From NCBI GenBank assembly GCA_963693365.1, contig CAVNZM010000009.1:7359408-7423407 (forward strand): a stretch of 64,000 nucleotides of DNA. Direction: 5' to 3'. The position numbers and the translations under genes were made by a program. A model generated the notes under the pieces. It ran no database searches. It was not told where the DNA came from and saw only the letters and a list, made by a program, of their open reading frames with translations. Positions 41,263 through 64,000 of this stretch are shown piece by piece. The stretch comes from Amoebidium appalachense (taxonomy: Eukaryota > Protista > Ichthyosporea). Each line of letters opens with the position of its first letter. The stretch's first letter is position 1.

Positions 41263-42044
41263 GGTAAAAAAGTAAGACCGAAAAAACTACGTATAAACAA
41301 AGGCAGGAAAGACACATAACCACACGGAGCTGGAGATGGATGGAGGAAGGGAGGGGAGTCGTGGGGGAGAAAGGGGAAAGGGGGGTGGGGGGGTGGGGTG
41401 GGGGGTAAATACCGATCGGGGCCTGCTTCGGATAGTCGCTGGCGATCCATGCGGTTGAAAATGTTCTCCACCCACATGAAGATGGGCCGGCTGGGTATGG
41501 CCGGTGCGACTGTACGGAGGGACTGTGGAATATTTGAAGTGAGTGACCGGGCATGCAAGAGCGGTAAAGGCAACATTAGCAGATGACTATTACACGCTTA
41601 ATACTCCATCTGTCACCTGCCTCCCAATGCGCACACAAACACACACACACACACACACACAAGCACAAGCACACACACACACACACACACACACGCCATG
41701 AGAGAGCGGGAAAGAGATATGTTACTCTTGCACCCCCCCACCCCCCCCCTCCGGGGCTCACCCAGCATGCCCGTCAAATCCCCCCTCTCCCCTCCCCCAC
41801 CCACCCCACCCCCCACCCACCCACCCACCCACGGGCTGCCCGTCAAAATGGCTTCCGTTTGCCTTTCCTTGTCTTTTCTTCCGCTATACTCCTTCTGATT
41901 TTTCTTTCTTTCCTTGTTCTTTTTCCTTTTCTGTTCACCTTTATCAAACACCTTTATCGATCGACCCGTAGTTCTGACAGGCACTAGCAACGAAAAGGCC
42001 GGGCAAGCGGGCCAGTGTGTGTGTGTGTGTGTGGTGGTGGTGGT

Positions 42045-42079
<35 letters not shown>

Positions 42080-42475
42080 AGGGGGGGGCTTCGAAGTGTA
42101 TAGTGGGGCACACAGTCAGTCAATAACCCCATGCAAAGCGTGACCAACTACTGATGGAAAGAGGGGAAAATGAGGGGAAATGAGGCAGAAAAGAGTTAGG
42201 AAACAGCTCCACATCGAGGTGTTGGTTCCCGAAAAGCAGACGCCCAATGTGCTAGGCCGGGGGCCACCCCCGGGGGGGGGAAGGGTTGGAGGAGGGGGGG
42301 AGGAGGGGGGGGGGGGGGGGGGGGAGATAATTGTGTGCGTCCATGAATTTTCATAGGTAAGAGCTATGCATAAAAGGAAAAAGAGTTTCAGAACTCACCA
42401 AGCTGAAAGAGGAATGGAAAAAGCCATAAATAAAGAAACACACTCTGGGCAGTGGGACATGGAAAGCAGCCGTCT

Positions 42476-42519
<44 letters not shown>

Positions 42520-43238
42520 GGGGGGGGGGGGGGGGGGGCATGAGCCACCGGAAAAAAGTTGGACATAAGGTGGGGATGGGGGTGGGGGTGGGGTGGGGGT
42601 GGTGGTGGTGGGGGGGGGGGGGGGGGGGGGGGGGGCAAGAGGTAAGGGGGGGAGAGGGAGCGATAGGGGGGGGAATGGGGGAGGGGAGAGGGAGAGAGGA
42701 AGAGAAAAGGGGTGAGAGAGAGAGATAGAAGCAGGGAAACAGGGGGAGGGAGGGGGGGGGAAATCGAGAGAGAGAGGGGGGGGGGAGAGTTGAGAGAGAG
42801 GGAGAGGCACAGAGAGACGGAGGGGAGAGGCGAATAGATACAGGCAGAGTGCGCTAACTACATTGGCCCCCCTGGGGGGGGGAGGGGGGGGGGGGAGGTG
42901 GGGGGAGAGGAGAAGGGGAAGGATCTGGAGGAAGTGGGAAAAGAGAGAGGGGGCGGAGTGAGAGAGAGGGGAGCGGGTGGGGGGACGGAAGAGTAGGCGA
43001 ACAGAACAGCGATTCTCTCTATGTTATCAGTGCAGACTAAGGGGTTTGGGCCAGTACACAAGGATAAACCTACAGAGTTTTCTGCTGTGATCGGTGCCCC
43101 CGTCCATCTTTTCAAGAGAGAGCCTGACCAAGCTCCCTTGCCTCCAGCCAAAACTGTAAAACTTCGAAGAGCAAGCGGACGTGGCAGGGCGGCGCGCCTA
43201 CATGCCACCGACTTGGCCAATCTTCCTGACTGAAGCAT
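37091..43238 (-). CDS. ATP5S: ATP synthase subunit s / factor B-like mitochondrial LRR protein; exons 43238-43074, 41522-41413, 39830-39691, 38441-38351, 37729-37692, 37206-37091
   Basis: IFMWVENIFNRMDRQRLSEAGPDR|TAAEFVLRMGG mirrors ATP5S FWGWLNAVFNKVD..GPDRAASEWLLRCG; LRR-like LKHLKSINLSDCK|YLTDDGL; Arg/Ala/Leu-rich presequence; phases are consistent. Confidence 0.85.
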
Positions 43239-44270
43239 GGTTGAAGCGGCGGTGCACTGTACTGTGTTTTACCTAGCCTAGTGACAAGATCAATCACAAC
43301 TGTCGTTCGAACTCAAGTGGGTGAAACAACACTGTTGAAGTCGTTCAACGGCGCCAGTGTCTTTCAGGCTCGCTCAGTCAGGTGTATCGCTGATTCGTAA
43401 GACATTATTCTACACTCGCGTTTCATTCACCCGCCCTTTTTCTATGCATGAGATGTCTGTTCTTTTTCGTTCCTTTCTCATACGGTGGTTTTTTTGTTTT
43501 TGTTTTCGCTTTTGGCCATTTTTTCAGTGAGTCACTCAGGCTGTGATGTCAAACTGACGCAGCAAGTTCGGTTGCGTTTGGCTCACAGTGGGTGCGGCGA
43601 CTACGTTACTTACCGCTCTCTAATCAACGCAGCTTTATAAAATTCCTCAACAGCTTTTAAATTGTAAAGGAACATCTCATATGAATTAAACGTTTAAATA
43701 TTTTACTTATCATGCCTCACAAAAACCCTTAGTTTTCAAACGCGAAAGCTGATTGGATGCGCCTCATTCCAGAGCGATGACTTCTATGTTGACAAAAGAG
43801 ACACAGAATTCCTGTGTGGATTATCGTTTTCCTTCGAGATTTTTGCGTTTTTTTCGGTCGAGAAGACGAAGGAATCCGGTCGTTCAAGAGGATTTTGAGC
43901 TTGCATCCGTATGTATCCCAACTAGGAACTTCGTTTTCAGTGTATTGTTTGTTATTAGAGAAGGATAGGGGGTGATAAAGCAAAAGAAATGTAGTTTTTA
44001 CCGTGACGGCCAATGGCAGTAGCATCAGCAATCTTCACAAAAATTTTTGTGAGTTTTAATTTTCTCTGAGTAGAAAGAGTGTTGACGAAACGACTACGCT
44101 GCATAGCTTCGTATATGCATATTTCCACAGGCTCGACAACGCGGCAGGCCTTTCATGTTGGTGCTTTGTTGCACACAAAGTCTTTCGGTTTTTTATTTTC
44201 CATCAGATCATGTGCTCTGATTTACTGAGGGTATGGGGTGGGCAGGTCTACCGGGGCATAGACTGTAACA

Positions 44271-49689
<5,419 letters not shown>

Positions 49690-50271
49690 ACACCCCTACC
49701 TTATGCTCAAATGTATCTTTGACTCCTGTGATGGGATAGCATCACACACGGTGAACACAGATGCGTAAGCGAAAAACCTAATGGGAAAGAGTTTATATAG
49801 GCACCCCGGGGTGACCTTTGGTGGCTTTGTTTAGTAGTGGGGTTTCGTTGCTTTTGTTCTTTTTTGTATACATTCTCCCAACCAAGATATATAATGAAGA
49901 TGCCAATGCTTTGTAGCGGGAGTGGTTTCCGTTGCATATTGCCATTTTTCAGCGCATACATAGACACGCACACATATGCATATATAGAAACACAAAGACA
50001 TGGGCACAGGTATACAGCCACACAGGGCCACTTAGATAACCAACATTTCTGGTTGTGTTTTGCTATGGTTTGCTATTTTAGTTGATTTATATGAGAAGGG
50101 TAGGCTTGGCTCTTTCCCCGGGTGCAAGCGTATGTGTGACCTAACCCGGCCTCTTGTTCGATTTGAAAATAAACGGTGAAGGACTCTGTCTCAAGTCACA
50201 GCGTTCTCGCATAATAATTAATACAGGCTGACAGGAGAAACCTTTTATACTGGGTTGATTCATCTGTGCAT

Positions 50272-50309
<38 letters not shown>

Positions 50310-50762
50310 CTATGTCTGTGTGTGCGCGCGTGTTTCTGTTTGTGCGGGCCGCGGGTGGCGTGGGTGGGCCGGGTGGGCGGGTGGTCCGTGAGCGTCCCGC
50401 ACATGTGCACGTGCTTCTCTGCCCATATTTGGATGTGTGTGTTGTGAATTTGTGTTTGTGTGTGCACGTGTTTTGTTATTGACTTGCGCTATGGCAATAA
50501 AAAATTATTATATTAGGTGACTGCGTAATAATTCATGTGCACGCCGGGGTGGCTGGGCCAGGGCACGGGTTACTGTGACATGCTCATCAGATCCCGAGTT
50601 CACGTTTGCACGCGTAAAATGTTGTAACATGTGTACACGTGTAGCTGTAATTATGAAGTTATCGAATTCGAAGGCCATGGTTATACGTAAGGTTAAGCCC
50701 TGGCAGGACGTGTATACGTAGTAGGTAACAACACGTCGATTACCGAGGGTTGGTTGCTGCCC

Positions 50763-50793
<31 letters not shown>

Positions 50794-50967
50794 ATTTTCC
50801 GTGTACACACACACACACACACACACACACCGTGACACACTGTGACACACACACACACACCTACATACCCACAACACCGAAGGACACAAGGCTCTAAGCG
50901 CCGCACGCACACCGTGCGTGTACACACACAAACACACACACACACACACACACACACAGTGTTACAT

Positions 50968-51016
<49 letters not shown>

Positions 51017-51174
51017 CACACACATACACACACACCCGTGTCTGTGTGTGGCATCCGATACCAGTGGTACTTGAAGGTACATCGGCATGCTACATTTGTG
51101 TACGGTCAGTTACCGCGTGCAAGGTTCACTTAGTGGACAGCTCATTACTATGATTTAGAATGTTCCTAGACCCA

Positions 51175-51628
51175 CTCGTGTTACAGATACCGTCCACCAT
51201 TAAGAATACCCGCCAATAAGAATACACTAGCGGCCAAGTCCGTTTTTTTTTAAGAATATGCACCGCAGTCAGATTTTGAGATATTCGATTCTTAATGGCA
51301 AACTGACCTATAAACTTTGCTTGATCATGCATAATCATCCCCCCCTCCCATCTCCCCCCCCCCCCCCCCCCCCCCTTCCCCCCTCAACACACACACCCCA
51401 ACCCACCGGTACCCCTCCCCATGTCTCCCCCGTCCCCCCTCCCCCGGCCCCCTCCCCCTCCCACCCTGAATCCCCCCCCCCTCCCCCCCCCTCCCCCCCC
51501 GGCGCCCCCGGGGGTCCCGGCCATTTAAATATATGATAGCGGCCATGAAAAAACTTTAAGAATATGCACCGCGACCACGTTTTGGGAAGGGTTCTTAATG
51601 GCGGACGCATCATCTGTAGGAGCACGAG
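51175..51628. mobile_element. Degenerate MITE-like element
   Basis: CTCGTG..TACAGAT..CGTCC(A/G)CCATTAAGAA inverted at the two ends; internal direct repeat TTTAAGAATATGCACCGC. Confidence 0.5.
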
Positions 51629-51722
51629 AAAATGATGTTGAATGACCAGACTCCCCCCCCCCCCCCCCCCCCCTCGTGCTCCTCTGGGAGTCCTTCCCCC
51701 CCTCCCCCCCTCCCCCCCCGCG

Positions 51723-51764
<42 letters not shown>

Positions 51765-51927
51765 TTGATGAAAGGCCTGAAGTCGAAAGTCGGGTACTGT
51801 GGATGACTTGGGCCCCCCAGAGGATGAGCTCTGCTTTTTATGCATACTCTGTGTTGTTTGCGATCTGCATGCATATGCCATGTTGTCCATTACGAATGTG
51901 TACGGCGTACTCCGTGCATTCTAACCC
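51765..51927 (+). mobile_element. Copy of the poly(C)-associated repeat with a hammerhead-like motif, inside a (C)n tract
   Basis: TTGATGAAAGGCCTGAAGTCGAAAGTCGGGTACTGTGGATGAC...GCATTCTAACCC; poly(C) on both sides. Confidence 0.7.
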
Positions 51928-51936
51928 TCCTCCCCC

Positions 51937-51968
<32 letters not shown>

Positions 51969-52704
51969 TTCCTCCCTTTCTCCGTCGCGAGAGAAAAAAA
52001 AAGAGGGAAAAAAGGGGGGGGGGGGATATTATCGGCGTGACTACTATATCATCAGTATCATCTCATCTCAGGATATGCCTCGATATATCCTTACGCCGGT
52101 AATCAGATTATGGCATATGATAACGGTTAGACTACAATAAGTACACGTACCTTAGTGTTTGAAAATCATTATGCCCTCAGATATCATCCAGCTATCCGAT
52201 AAACAATTAAGTGAAACTCATAAATATTAATATTCTCCAAAAAAAAGGTTGGTGCGGTGAGCGTTGGAAACTATTTTAATTTTAGATCATTATTTGAAAT
52301 CTTGAATATCTTGCACCAATATATATAATTACTCAAAGTTGCTCTCCGAAAAAAACCTTACTTCCGGTTCGGGCGAGCTGACTCTAAATCATTCCAATCA
52401 TTTGTAGTACACGGGTAAAGGGTTCGTTGGATTGCGTTATTTTCGGCTGTATTATGTAGTCACTTACCATAGAAACGTATTTCCAGACCTCCCTAGTGCA
52501 GGCAAACAGCAGCTTTAAAGCCTAGTTTCATAATACGATGCCTTGGGTGCTAAAAGTTTAAGTTCTAAAATTAGTGCTAAATTATCTCAAACTCGCTTCT
52601 ACGCAGCCCGCTCCTGTACGAGTCACCGAAAGTGTTAAGTGCGATGTAGGCTACTGATTATGTGTATATAGGTTACAAAGTTGAATAAAACTTTCGGATG
52701 TTAT

Positions 52705-52845
52705 CAAAGTTTATAAAGTTAATAAAAAAGATAATGTCATATAAGTTATAAAGTGTAATAAAAAGATAATGTTGTATAAGTTGTTAAGTTAATAAGAAAA
52801 TAATGTTATAGAAGTTATAAAGTGTATTAAAAAGATAATCTTCAA
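52705..52845. repeat. AT-rich minisatellite, ~34-bp unit, ~4 copies
   Basis: Recurring TTATAAAGT(T/G)(T)AATAAAAAGATAATGT. Confidence 0.75.
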
Positions 52846-54830
52846 GTACAATTTATAAAGGTCAGTGGACAGTTTGGATCGCCAGCCCGTCTTTGGATAG
52901 AATGGTCTTGGTAATGGCATAATAAACTTTAATCTGTTATATCATGGGGGTATCTCGTATATCTCGAAGCCCCCCCCCCCCCCCCCCCCCCCCCCGACGG
53001 GATCAATCCCGGCATGTGGGATAATTGTTCATGATCCGATACGGTATTTAAGGAGATCAGGAGTAGGAAGTGCCACAGTGGGGGTGGTGCACGGCCCGGT
53101 TTTGGGGGGGGGGGGGGGGGAGGGGGGGGGGGGGGGGGGGGGGGGGAGGGGGGAGAGGGGGGGATCGGGAGGGGGAGGGGGGAGGGGGGAGGGGGGGGGG
53201 GGAGCGAGTGAGAAAGAAAGAGATGGGTTTGGAGAAAAGATGGTTAGGGGGGAGGGAGGGAGAGAGAGAAAGCGAGAAAGGAAGAGAGATTGGGGGGGGG
53301 GGGGAGGGGGGAGGGGGGGAAGAGGGAAAAAGACTCGGGGGGCGAGAAAGAGAGAAAGAGACTCTGAGAGCGAGAAAGAAAGGGAGAGGGGGACCGGGCG
53401 GGGGAGGAGGGGGGGGGAGGGAGGGAGGGGGAGGGGGGTGGGGGGGGGGGGGGGGGGGAAGAGAGACAGAGAGAGATGGAGGGCTGGATGGATGGGGGGA
53501 GGCGGGGGGAGTAGAGAGAGAGAAAGAGCCTCGGAGAGAGAAATAGAGAGAGAGATAGAGAGGGAGGGGTGGATGGGTGGGTGGGTGGGGGGGGGGGGGG
53601 GGGGGGGGGGGTTGGCCCTTCAGCATCTATTTGGTGGTTTCAGGTGTTGGTGACCATGCATTCTGTATTTCCGAGTCTTTAACCCAGCATGTGTCTAAAT
53701 TTTACATAGACCCCCCCCCCCCCCCCCCCCCCGCCCTTGCTTCCATCTGACAAATGCGGGATCTAGAAGGGGTTGCGGACCGGAGGGTATAAAAAAAAAA
53801 GTAAATAGAAGCCAAAAGTTAGGCTAAATTGGCCTGGGCGAAGGGATGGGTGGGTGGGTGGGCAGGCCCGAGAGGGACGGGGGGGGGGGGGGGGAGGGGG
53901 GGGGAGGGGGGATCCCGAGAAGGTATGCTTACAAAAACGAGGCGGGCTAATCACCTTTTTCAAGGAAGTGCTGGGGGGAGGGGGAGGGGAGGTGGGGGAA
54001 GAGGTGGGGGGGAGGTTCTTTTTTTTTTTTTTGGTTGTGCGGGGTGGGGGGGTGGGGGGGGGAAGGGGGAGGGGGGGAGGGGGGAGGTAGGCTGTAGGGG
54101 CCGAGTGGAGAAGGACGGACCGGGGGGGGGGGGGGGGGGTTTCGAGGTCACGGTGCCTTTTCACCATAAAATAAAATGGTTGGACATGAAAATAACACAC
54201 AAGAGCCCCTGTGCGTCATCAAGGTGGGACCTCAAGGGGTGACTGTCTACTCCCCCCCCCCCCCCCCCCCTCCCCCCGTCCCCCCTCCCCCTTCCCCTCC
54301 TTGCCCGCGATCGATCTTTCCCGAGCCTCCCTCGAGCTGCACTGCCACCACCCCTCCCCCTTTCATCCCCCCTCCTTCCCCCCCCCACCCCCCACCCCCC
54401 ACCCCCTTCCCCTCCTTCCCCCCTCCTCCTCCTCCCCCTTTCCCTTCTTCTCAGATGTCTGACCCTTCACTTTTACCAATTAAGTGTTAGCGTTATCAAA
54501 CCTCAGAGCCTCCCGTATACGTATGTCATCTCCGTTAAGGAACCCCCCCCCCCCCCTCCCCCCAACCCCTCCCCCCCTCCTCCCCCCCTCCCCCCCCCCT
54601 CTACACACACACGTGACCCACCCACCCACTCTCCGAGGGTCCCACCCAACTCCTTGCTAAAAATATTCTGTTAACGTTGCACCTCGCCCATTCAACAACC
54701 ATGCTCACCCGCTACTATCGCCACCACCCACACAAAAATGGAAAACACGGTGAGGGGTAAAAAGTGGTGGTTGAAAATGTGATGGAACGGGGACGTTTGC
54801 ATGTGCGCCGCTGGACACGTGTGTTTGTGT

Positions 54831-54861
<31 letters not shown>

Positions 54862-55539
54862 GGGGGGGAGGAGGGGAAGGGGGAGGGGGGGGGGAGGAGG
54901 GGGGGGGGAAGGGGGGGGGGGGGGGGGTATTGTTGGTTATGCCCTGGCTGAGACGATGATCTTATCTTCATAGAACGATGCTGACTCAGTGAACTCGAGA
55001 CACTTGAAACTCAGCAGCTGCACGAAGAAAAAAGCCCCCTTAGAAGAAGGAAAATCGGTATAAATTTTGTGTTTTTTCGGAAAGAACAACATAACATGCC
55101 CCAGAAGCATGCAACACAAGTCATATGATAACGACACCCATCGTATTTGCATGTTTTTAATATTGGACACATTCGCAGTTGATCAATGTGTCCGATGTTA
55201 GTTTACATAAAGTAAGATATGGGTCTAGCGGGGGGTTGGGGGGGCGGCAGCCCCCCTGTTTAGGGCCCAGACACACATAGGGTTATGGTTATTGGGTTAA
55301 TGTTTTTATTTTGGTAATTAGTTCTCAAATGTTGGTTTTTTAGCGGCTTATGTGAGCAACCTCCCTGTACCTAGGGGCCTCCGTCGTACGGACTTACCTC
55401 GGGGGGGGGGGGGGGGGGGGGGAGGGGGAGGGGGAGAGGCGGGGGGAAGGAGGAGGTTTGTGTCTCGCCGGTTCAAAGAACCCTTCTTCTTTCGTTTGAA
55501 CACCCCCCCCCCCCCCCCCCCCCCCCTCCCCCCAACACA

Positions 55540-55882
55540 CACACACACACACACTCTGCACACACACATCCATTGGCACCCGGCTCCCCCCTGCCCCCCC
55601 CTCCTTCCCCCCCCCCCCCCCCCCCCCCCTTAATGTGTTCTGTCCCCTCAAAGTTTCTAGGTTCTGTCTAGCAATACATAGTCACACACACACACACTCT
55701 CTGCACACACACATCCATTGGCACCCGGCTCCCCCCTGCCCCCCCCCCTCCCCCCGCCCCCTCAGTGTGTTCTGTCCCCTCAAAGTTTCCAGGTTTTGTC
55801 TAGCAATACATAGTCACACACACACACACACTCTGCACACACACATCAATTGGCACCCGGCTCCCCCCTGTCCCCCCCTCCT

Positions 55883-55913
<31 letters not shown>

Positions 55914-56159
55914 CCCCGCCCCCTCAATGTGTTCTGTCCCCTCAAAGTTTCCAGGTTCTGTCTAGCAATACATAGTCACACACATACACACACTCTGCAC
56001 ACACACATCCATTGGCACCCGGCTCCCCCCTGCCCCCCCCCCCCCTCCCCCCGCCCCCTCAATGTGTTCTGTCCCCTCAAAGTTTCCACGTTCTGTCTAG
56101 CAATACATAGTCACACACACACACACTCTCTGCACACACCACATCCATTGGCACCCGGC

Positions 56160-56162
<3 letters not shown>
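55540..56162. repeat. Tandem repeat, ~130-165-bp unit, ~4.5 copies, with embedded (CA)n and (C)n
   Basis: CTGCACACACACATCCATTGGCACCCGGCTCCCC (5x) and GTGTTCTGTCCCCTCAAAGTTTCCAGGTTCTGTCTAGCAATACATAGTC (4x), with minor variants. Confidence 0.92.
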
Positions 56163-56204
<42 letters not shown>

Positions 56205-56205
<1 letters not shown>

Positions 56206-56358
56206 AGGGATCGGATTGGTTGTCGACTGACTAAATTTAACATATTCCGATTGGTCAAATATGGCTCAAGGGCTTACTTAATTTGGTCCGATATTCTTTA
56301 ATTTGATTGTAGCTAAAAAGTTCGATATCGAAAATTGACTAGCCGATCGCGATCCCTG
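56205..56358. mobile_element. Small MITE-like element with CAGGGATCG... imperfect TIRs (hAT-like ends)
   Basis: CAGGGATCGGATTGGTTGTCGA versus the reverse complement of the right end, CAGGGATCGCGATCGGCTAGTCAA; no clear TSD. Confidence 0.5.
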
Positions 56359-56543
56359 ACTACAAGATTTGGAACGATTTCCGTGGCGCTTCAACTCGTT
56401 TCCATTGTTATCTCTGCTAAAAGCAGTGTTTCTCGTTAAGTATTGCTCTCTTAGCATTTTATCTTGTGAGACAATTAGTGAGTATAGGTACCCAGTCTCC
56501 GTGGAGGACTGCTAGATACAGTAGCTGCAATCCTTGGATGATC

Positions 56544-56651
56544 AGAACATGGCACATGGCAACATGGTTGCATAGTCATTGTGTTAGTAATAGACGCAGA
56601 ACATGGCACATGGCAACATGGTTGCATAGTCATTGTGTTAGTAATAGACGC
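56544..56651. repeat. Perfect 54-bp tandem duplication just upstream of the TMEM42 ATG
   Basis: AGAACATGGCACATGGCAACATGGTTGCATAGTCATTGTGTTAGTAATAGACGC twice. Confidence 0.95.
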
Positions 56652-56728
56652 TTTTTTAGATCTGAATTTTTACGCAAGGCCATCTCTTGCATCAAAGAAA
56701 CGTTGTTAGACTTTTTCGGGGATAAGAC

Positions 56729-61021
<4,293 letters not shown>

Positions 61022-61405
61022 GAAAGTGCCCGGCCGACCACCAGGACTACAATGCTTGTCCGAACGTGAACGAACGTGATTTCCCAAATGTTTCCGAAGA
61101 TTTTCGTGGTTTTTCGTTTCATGTTTCTTGGAATGCCTATTGTTGCACGAAAGTTTGCCGTTCTTTTTGAATGCCTATTGTTGCACGAAAGTTTGTTGTT
61201 CTTTTATCGGAGGCGTATACATAAATATGCATAGAGTATGGCGGTATCAGACTGCAGGCGTATGGAACACCTTATTGAGAATTGACTTGTGATAAATGTT
61301 AGTGCAGTGCGGTTTTGCCTGGCGGCCTGGAGTCGAAAAATGCACATGCACACTCACGAACACAGACAGGCACACACACACTCGTGCAGATGCACATGCG
61401 CACAC

Positions 61406-61447
<42 letters not shown>

Positions 61448-61662
61448 CCCGCCACACACATGCACCCCTGAACACAAACACTGATTCTAGTGCATATTTA
61501 CAATGGTCGAAATAACTAGTTGTGTGGGAGCCCGTGAGCTGCTTTTAGAAGAATGCAAATACTGTCAATAAACTGTCCGCAAAGACAGCAGTGCAATGCA
61601 CATCCAAGAATGAAAAATGAAACGGAAAGAACCCAATTTTTGGTTGGTTGGTTGGTTGGTTC

Positions 61663-61693
<31 letters not shown>

Positions 61694-61725
61694 CTGTGTG
61701 TGTGTGTGTGTTGGGGGGGGGGGGG

Positions 61726-61758
61726 AACGTTTGGGCAAACTGAGTTTGCCCAAACGTT
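61726..61758. other. Perfect 15-bp hairpin between a G run and a C run
   Basis: AACGTTTGGGCAAAC-TGA-GTTTGCCCAAACGTT; one arm is repeated at ~61767-61780. Confidence 0.8.
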
Positions 61759-61808
61759 GCCCCCCCTTGCCCAAACGTTGCCCCCCCCCCCCCCCCCCCA
61801 CCACCACC

Positions 61809-61921
<113 letters not shown>

Positions 61922-62221
61922 GTAAACAAACTCAAAGAAATGTACATGCATCCGGCCAATATCCCTACCTTTTTTTTTATTAATATTAATTTTATACAAA
62001 CTATTCCATTTTTATGCGGACACCTCTCACCGTTTTTAGTGTTCAAGCTATGACTCATCTATGAGCCCTACCTACTAGGTGTTCCGATCAGCGGCAAATT
62101 TGTGACTCCCGCACGCTGCGTCAACACACACACACACACGCACATGCACACACGCATACGCAACACGCACACGCACACGCACACACACACACACACACAC
62201 ACACGCGCGCGCGCGCACACA

Positions 62222-62252
<31 letters not shown>

Positions 62253-62263
62253 GGGGGGGGGGG

Positions 62264-62434
<171 letters not shown>

Positions 62435-63142
62435 GGGGGGAGAGAGAGACGCAGACACCGACACCGACACCGACACCGACACATGTACACACACACACAC
62501 ATGCACACGCACACAAGCAAACACACACGCACACGCACACGCACACGCACGTGTGCGCGCGCGTGCACACACACACACACACACACGTGCGCGCGAGCAC
62601 GCGGTCAGACCTCTACCTAGTACCACTCTCATCATTTTTTCCTCTTTGCACCATACACGTTATTCGAAACCAACACCACCATTCGTCAAAATACGTGCCC
62701 TTGATAGCATACTGTCTGGTCCATTACACCCCTAAACCATGGCCATTCGTAATAGAAAGAATATCCCAAGACTATTCTTCAAAAATTTAAAGGGCATCCA
62801 TTCATCAAACTATGCTATTTCAGGCAGGATAACTTCCGCTAAGCCACCATGCCATTCGAGAAATTATATAAATATATAGTTCCCGAGGGAAAGCAAAAGC
62901 ACACACTTCCGTTCATAAAAAGAAACAACAAAAAATTCGACGAGTATCAATTACTGGGGCAAACTCAGTAGAGATAAATTCCCATGGCCCCAGGTGTGTA
63001 TCATAGCTAATAAACCTTTTTTGACTGAAAGAAAACAAACGGGCAAATAAAAAATAAATAAATAAAATAAAAAATAAAAAATAAACAAAGCAACCCCCCC
63101 CACACACACACACGCACGCACACACGCACGCACACACACACG

Positions 63143-63255
<113 letters not shown>

Positions 63256-63398
63256 TCGAAGCAAACGGGAAAGACAGCCCGTTCAGAAAAATGGAAGATT
63301 GAAAACCGACAATGAAATGGCAAAGCAAACTGTGAAAAAACGAAAAGAAAAAAGAAAAAAAAAAAAAAGAAAAAAAGAGAGAGAGACCAAAGAAAGAG

Positions 63399-63477
<79 letters not shown>

Positions 63478-63518
63478 AAAGAAAAGAAAAACAAACAAGA
63501 AAACAAAAAAAAAAACAC

Positions 63519-63784
63519 CTACACGTATGTTTTCGCAACCAAACAGTCCGTTTTTAGCTTCCTGGCCGCCATCGGCACGGGATTTCCATTCTGGTCTCCT
63601 CGTGTTGCAATCTGATTAGGTAATCGTGCTTCCGATCGGTGCAATCCCATTGGCTGTTGCCCTGACCGGATCTCATTTTCCATAGATGCAATTATTTCTT
63701 CGAAGAGTTTGGTTTCGGGTACGTTTGGAGAGGACGGTGTAAGGCGGAACGTTTCACCGAATGACTCGTGGAGACAGCGGTAGA
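63519..63784 (-). CDS. Probable terminal exon of a gene extending beyond the window (unknown product)
   Basis: High-complexity open frame YRCLHESFGETFRL...KLFEEIIASMENEIR...VAKTYV* starting after a CACACAG acceptor like those of neighbouring genes. Confidence 0.45.
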
Positions 63785-63796
63785 CTGTGTGTTTTT

Positions 63797-63853
<57 letters not shown>

Positions 63854-64000
63854 GATTGTGTGTGTCACAGTAAGCACGCACATGCCCCAGGCACGCGTGT
63901 GTATATGTGTGTATGCATATGTATCACGAAGAGGGTCTTCATGTTAGTGTGTGGGTACGTGTGACTGTGTGTTTGGGGATGGGCCGGCAGGGAGGGGGGG

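Noticed and set aside
55790-55815. TTTTGTCTAG resembles the U7 snRNA Sm-binding site
   Set aside because: No 3' hairpin, no anti-HDE sequence upstream, and it is a variant within a tandem repeat
55540-56162. Repeat-spacer appearance suggestive of a CRISPR array
   Set aside because: The spacers are homopolymer or microsatellite, not unique; eukaryotic context with no cas genes

Overview
Eukaryotic, intron-rich DNA full of (C)n/(G)n, (CA)n/(TG)n and (GA)n tracts. Most ORF-track entries are translations of these repeats, not genes. The gene content is animal-like histones, a twin-finger GATA factor, ATP5S, TMEM42 and Rab11, plus an alpha-aminoadipate-pathway homocitrate synthase that animals lack. 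This suggests a unicellular holozoan such as an ichthyosporean (inference). Genes reconstructed by hand: four intronless core histones in divergent H2B/H3 and H4/H2A pairs, each with a variant 3' stem-loop and an HDE-like motif; a 3-exon Nudix hydrolase; a GATA factor; a 14-exon mitochondrial homocitrate synthase fused to a C-terminal LOR/SDH-type (Saccharop_dh_N-like) domain; a 6-exon ATP5S-like gene; a 7-exon Rab11; a 4-exon TMEM42; and a probable last exon at the right edge. Mobile DNA includes a 1.63-kb TIR element carrying a Cys-rich ORF also found near the histone cluster, several MITE-like inverted repeats, and many 5'-truncated copies of a poly(C)-associated, probably Penelope-like retroelement. 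The most interesting signals are the HCS domain fusion with unusual splice sites at its boundary, splice sites built from GT and CA microsatellites, the histone 3'-processing signals, and the poly(C)-associated retroelement. All homology calls come from motif recognition by eye; no searches were run.
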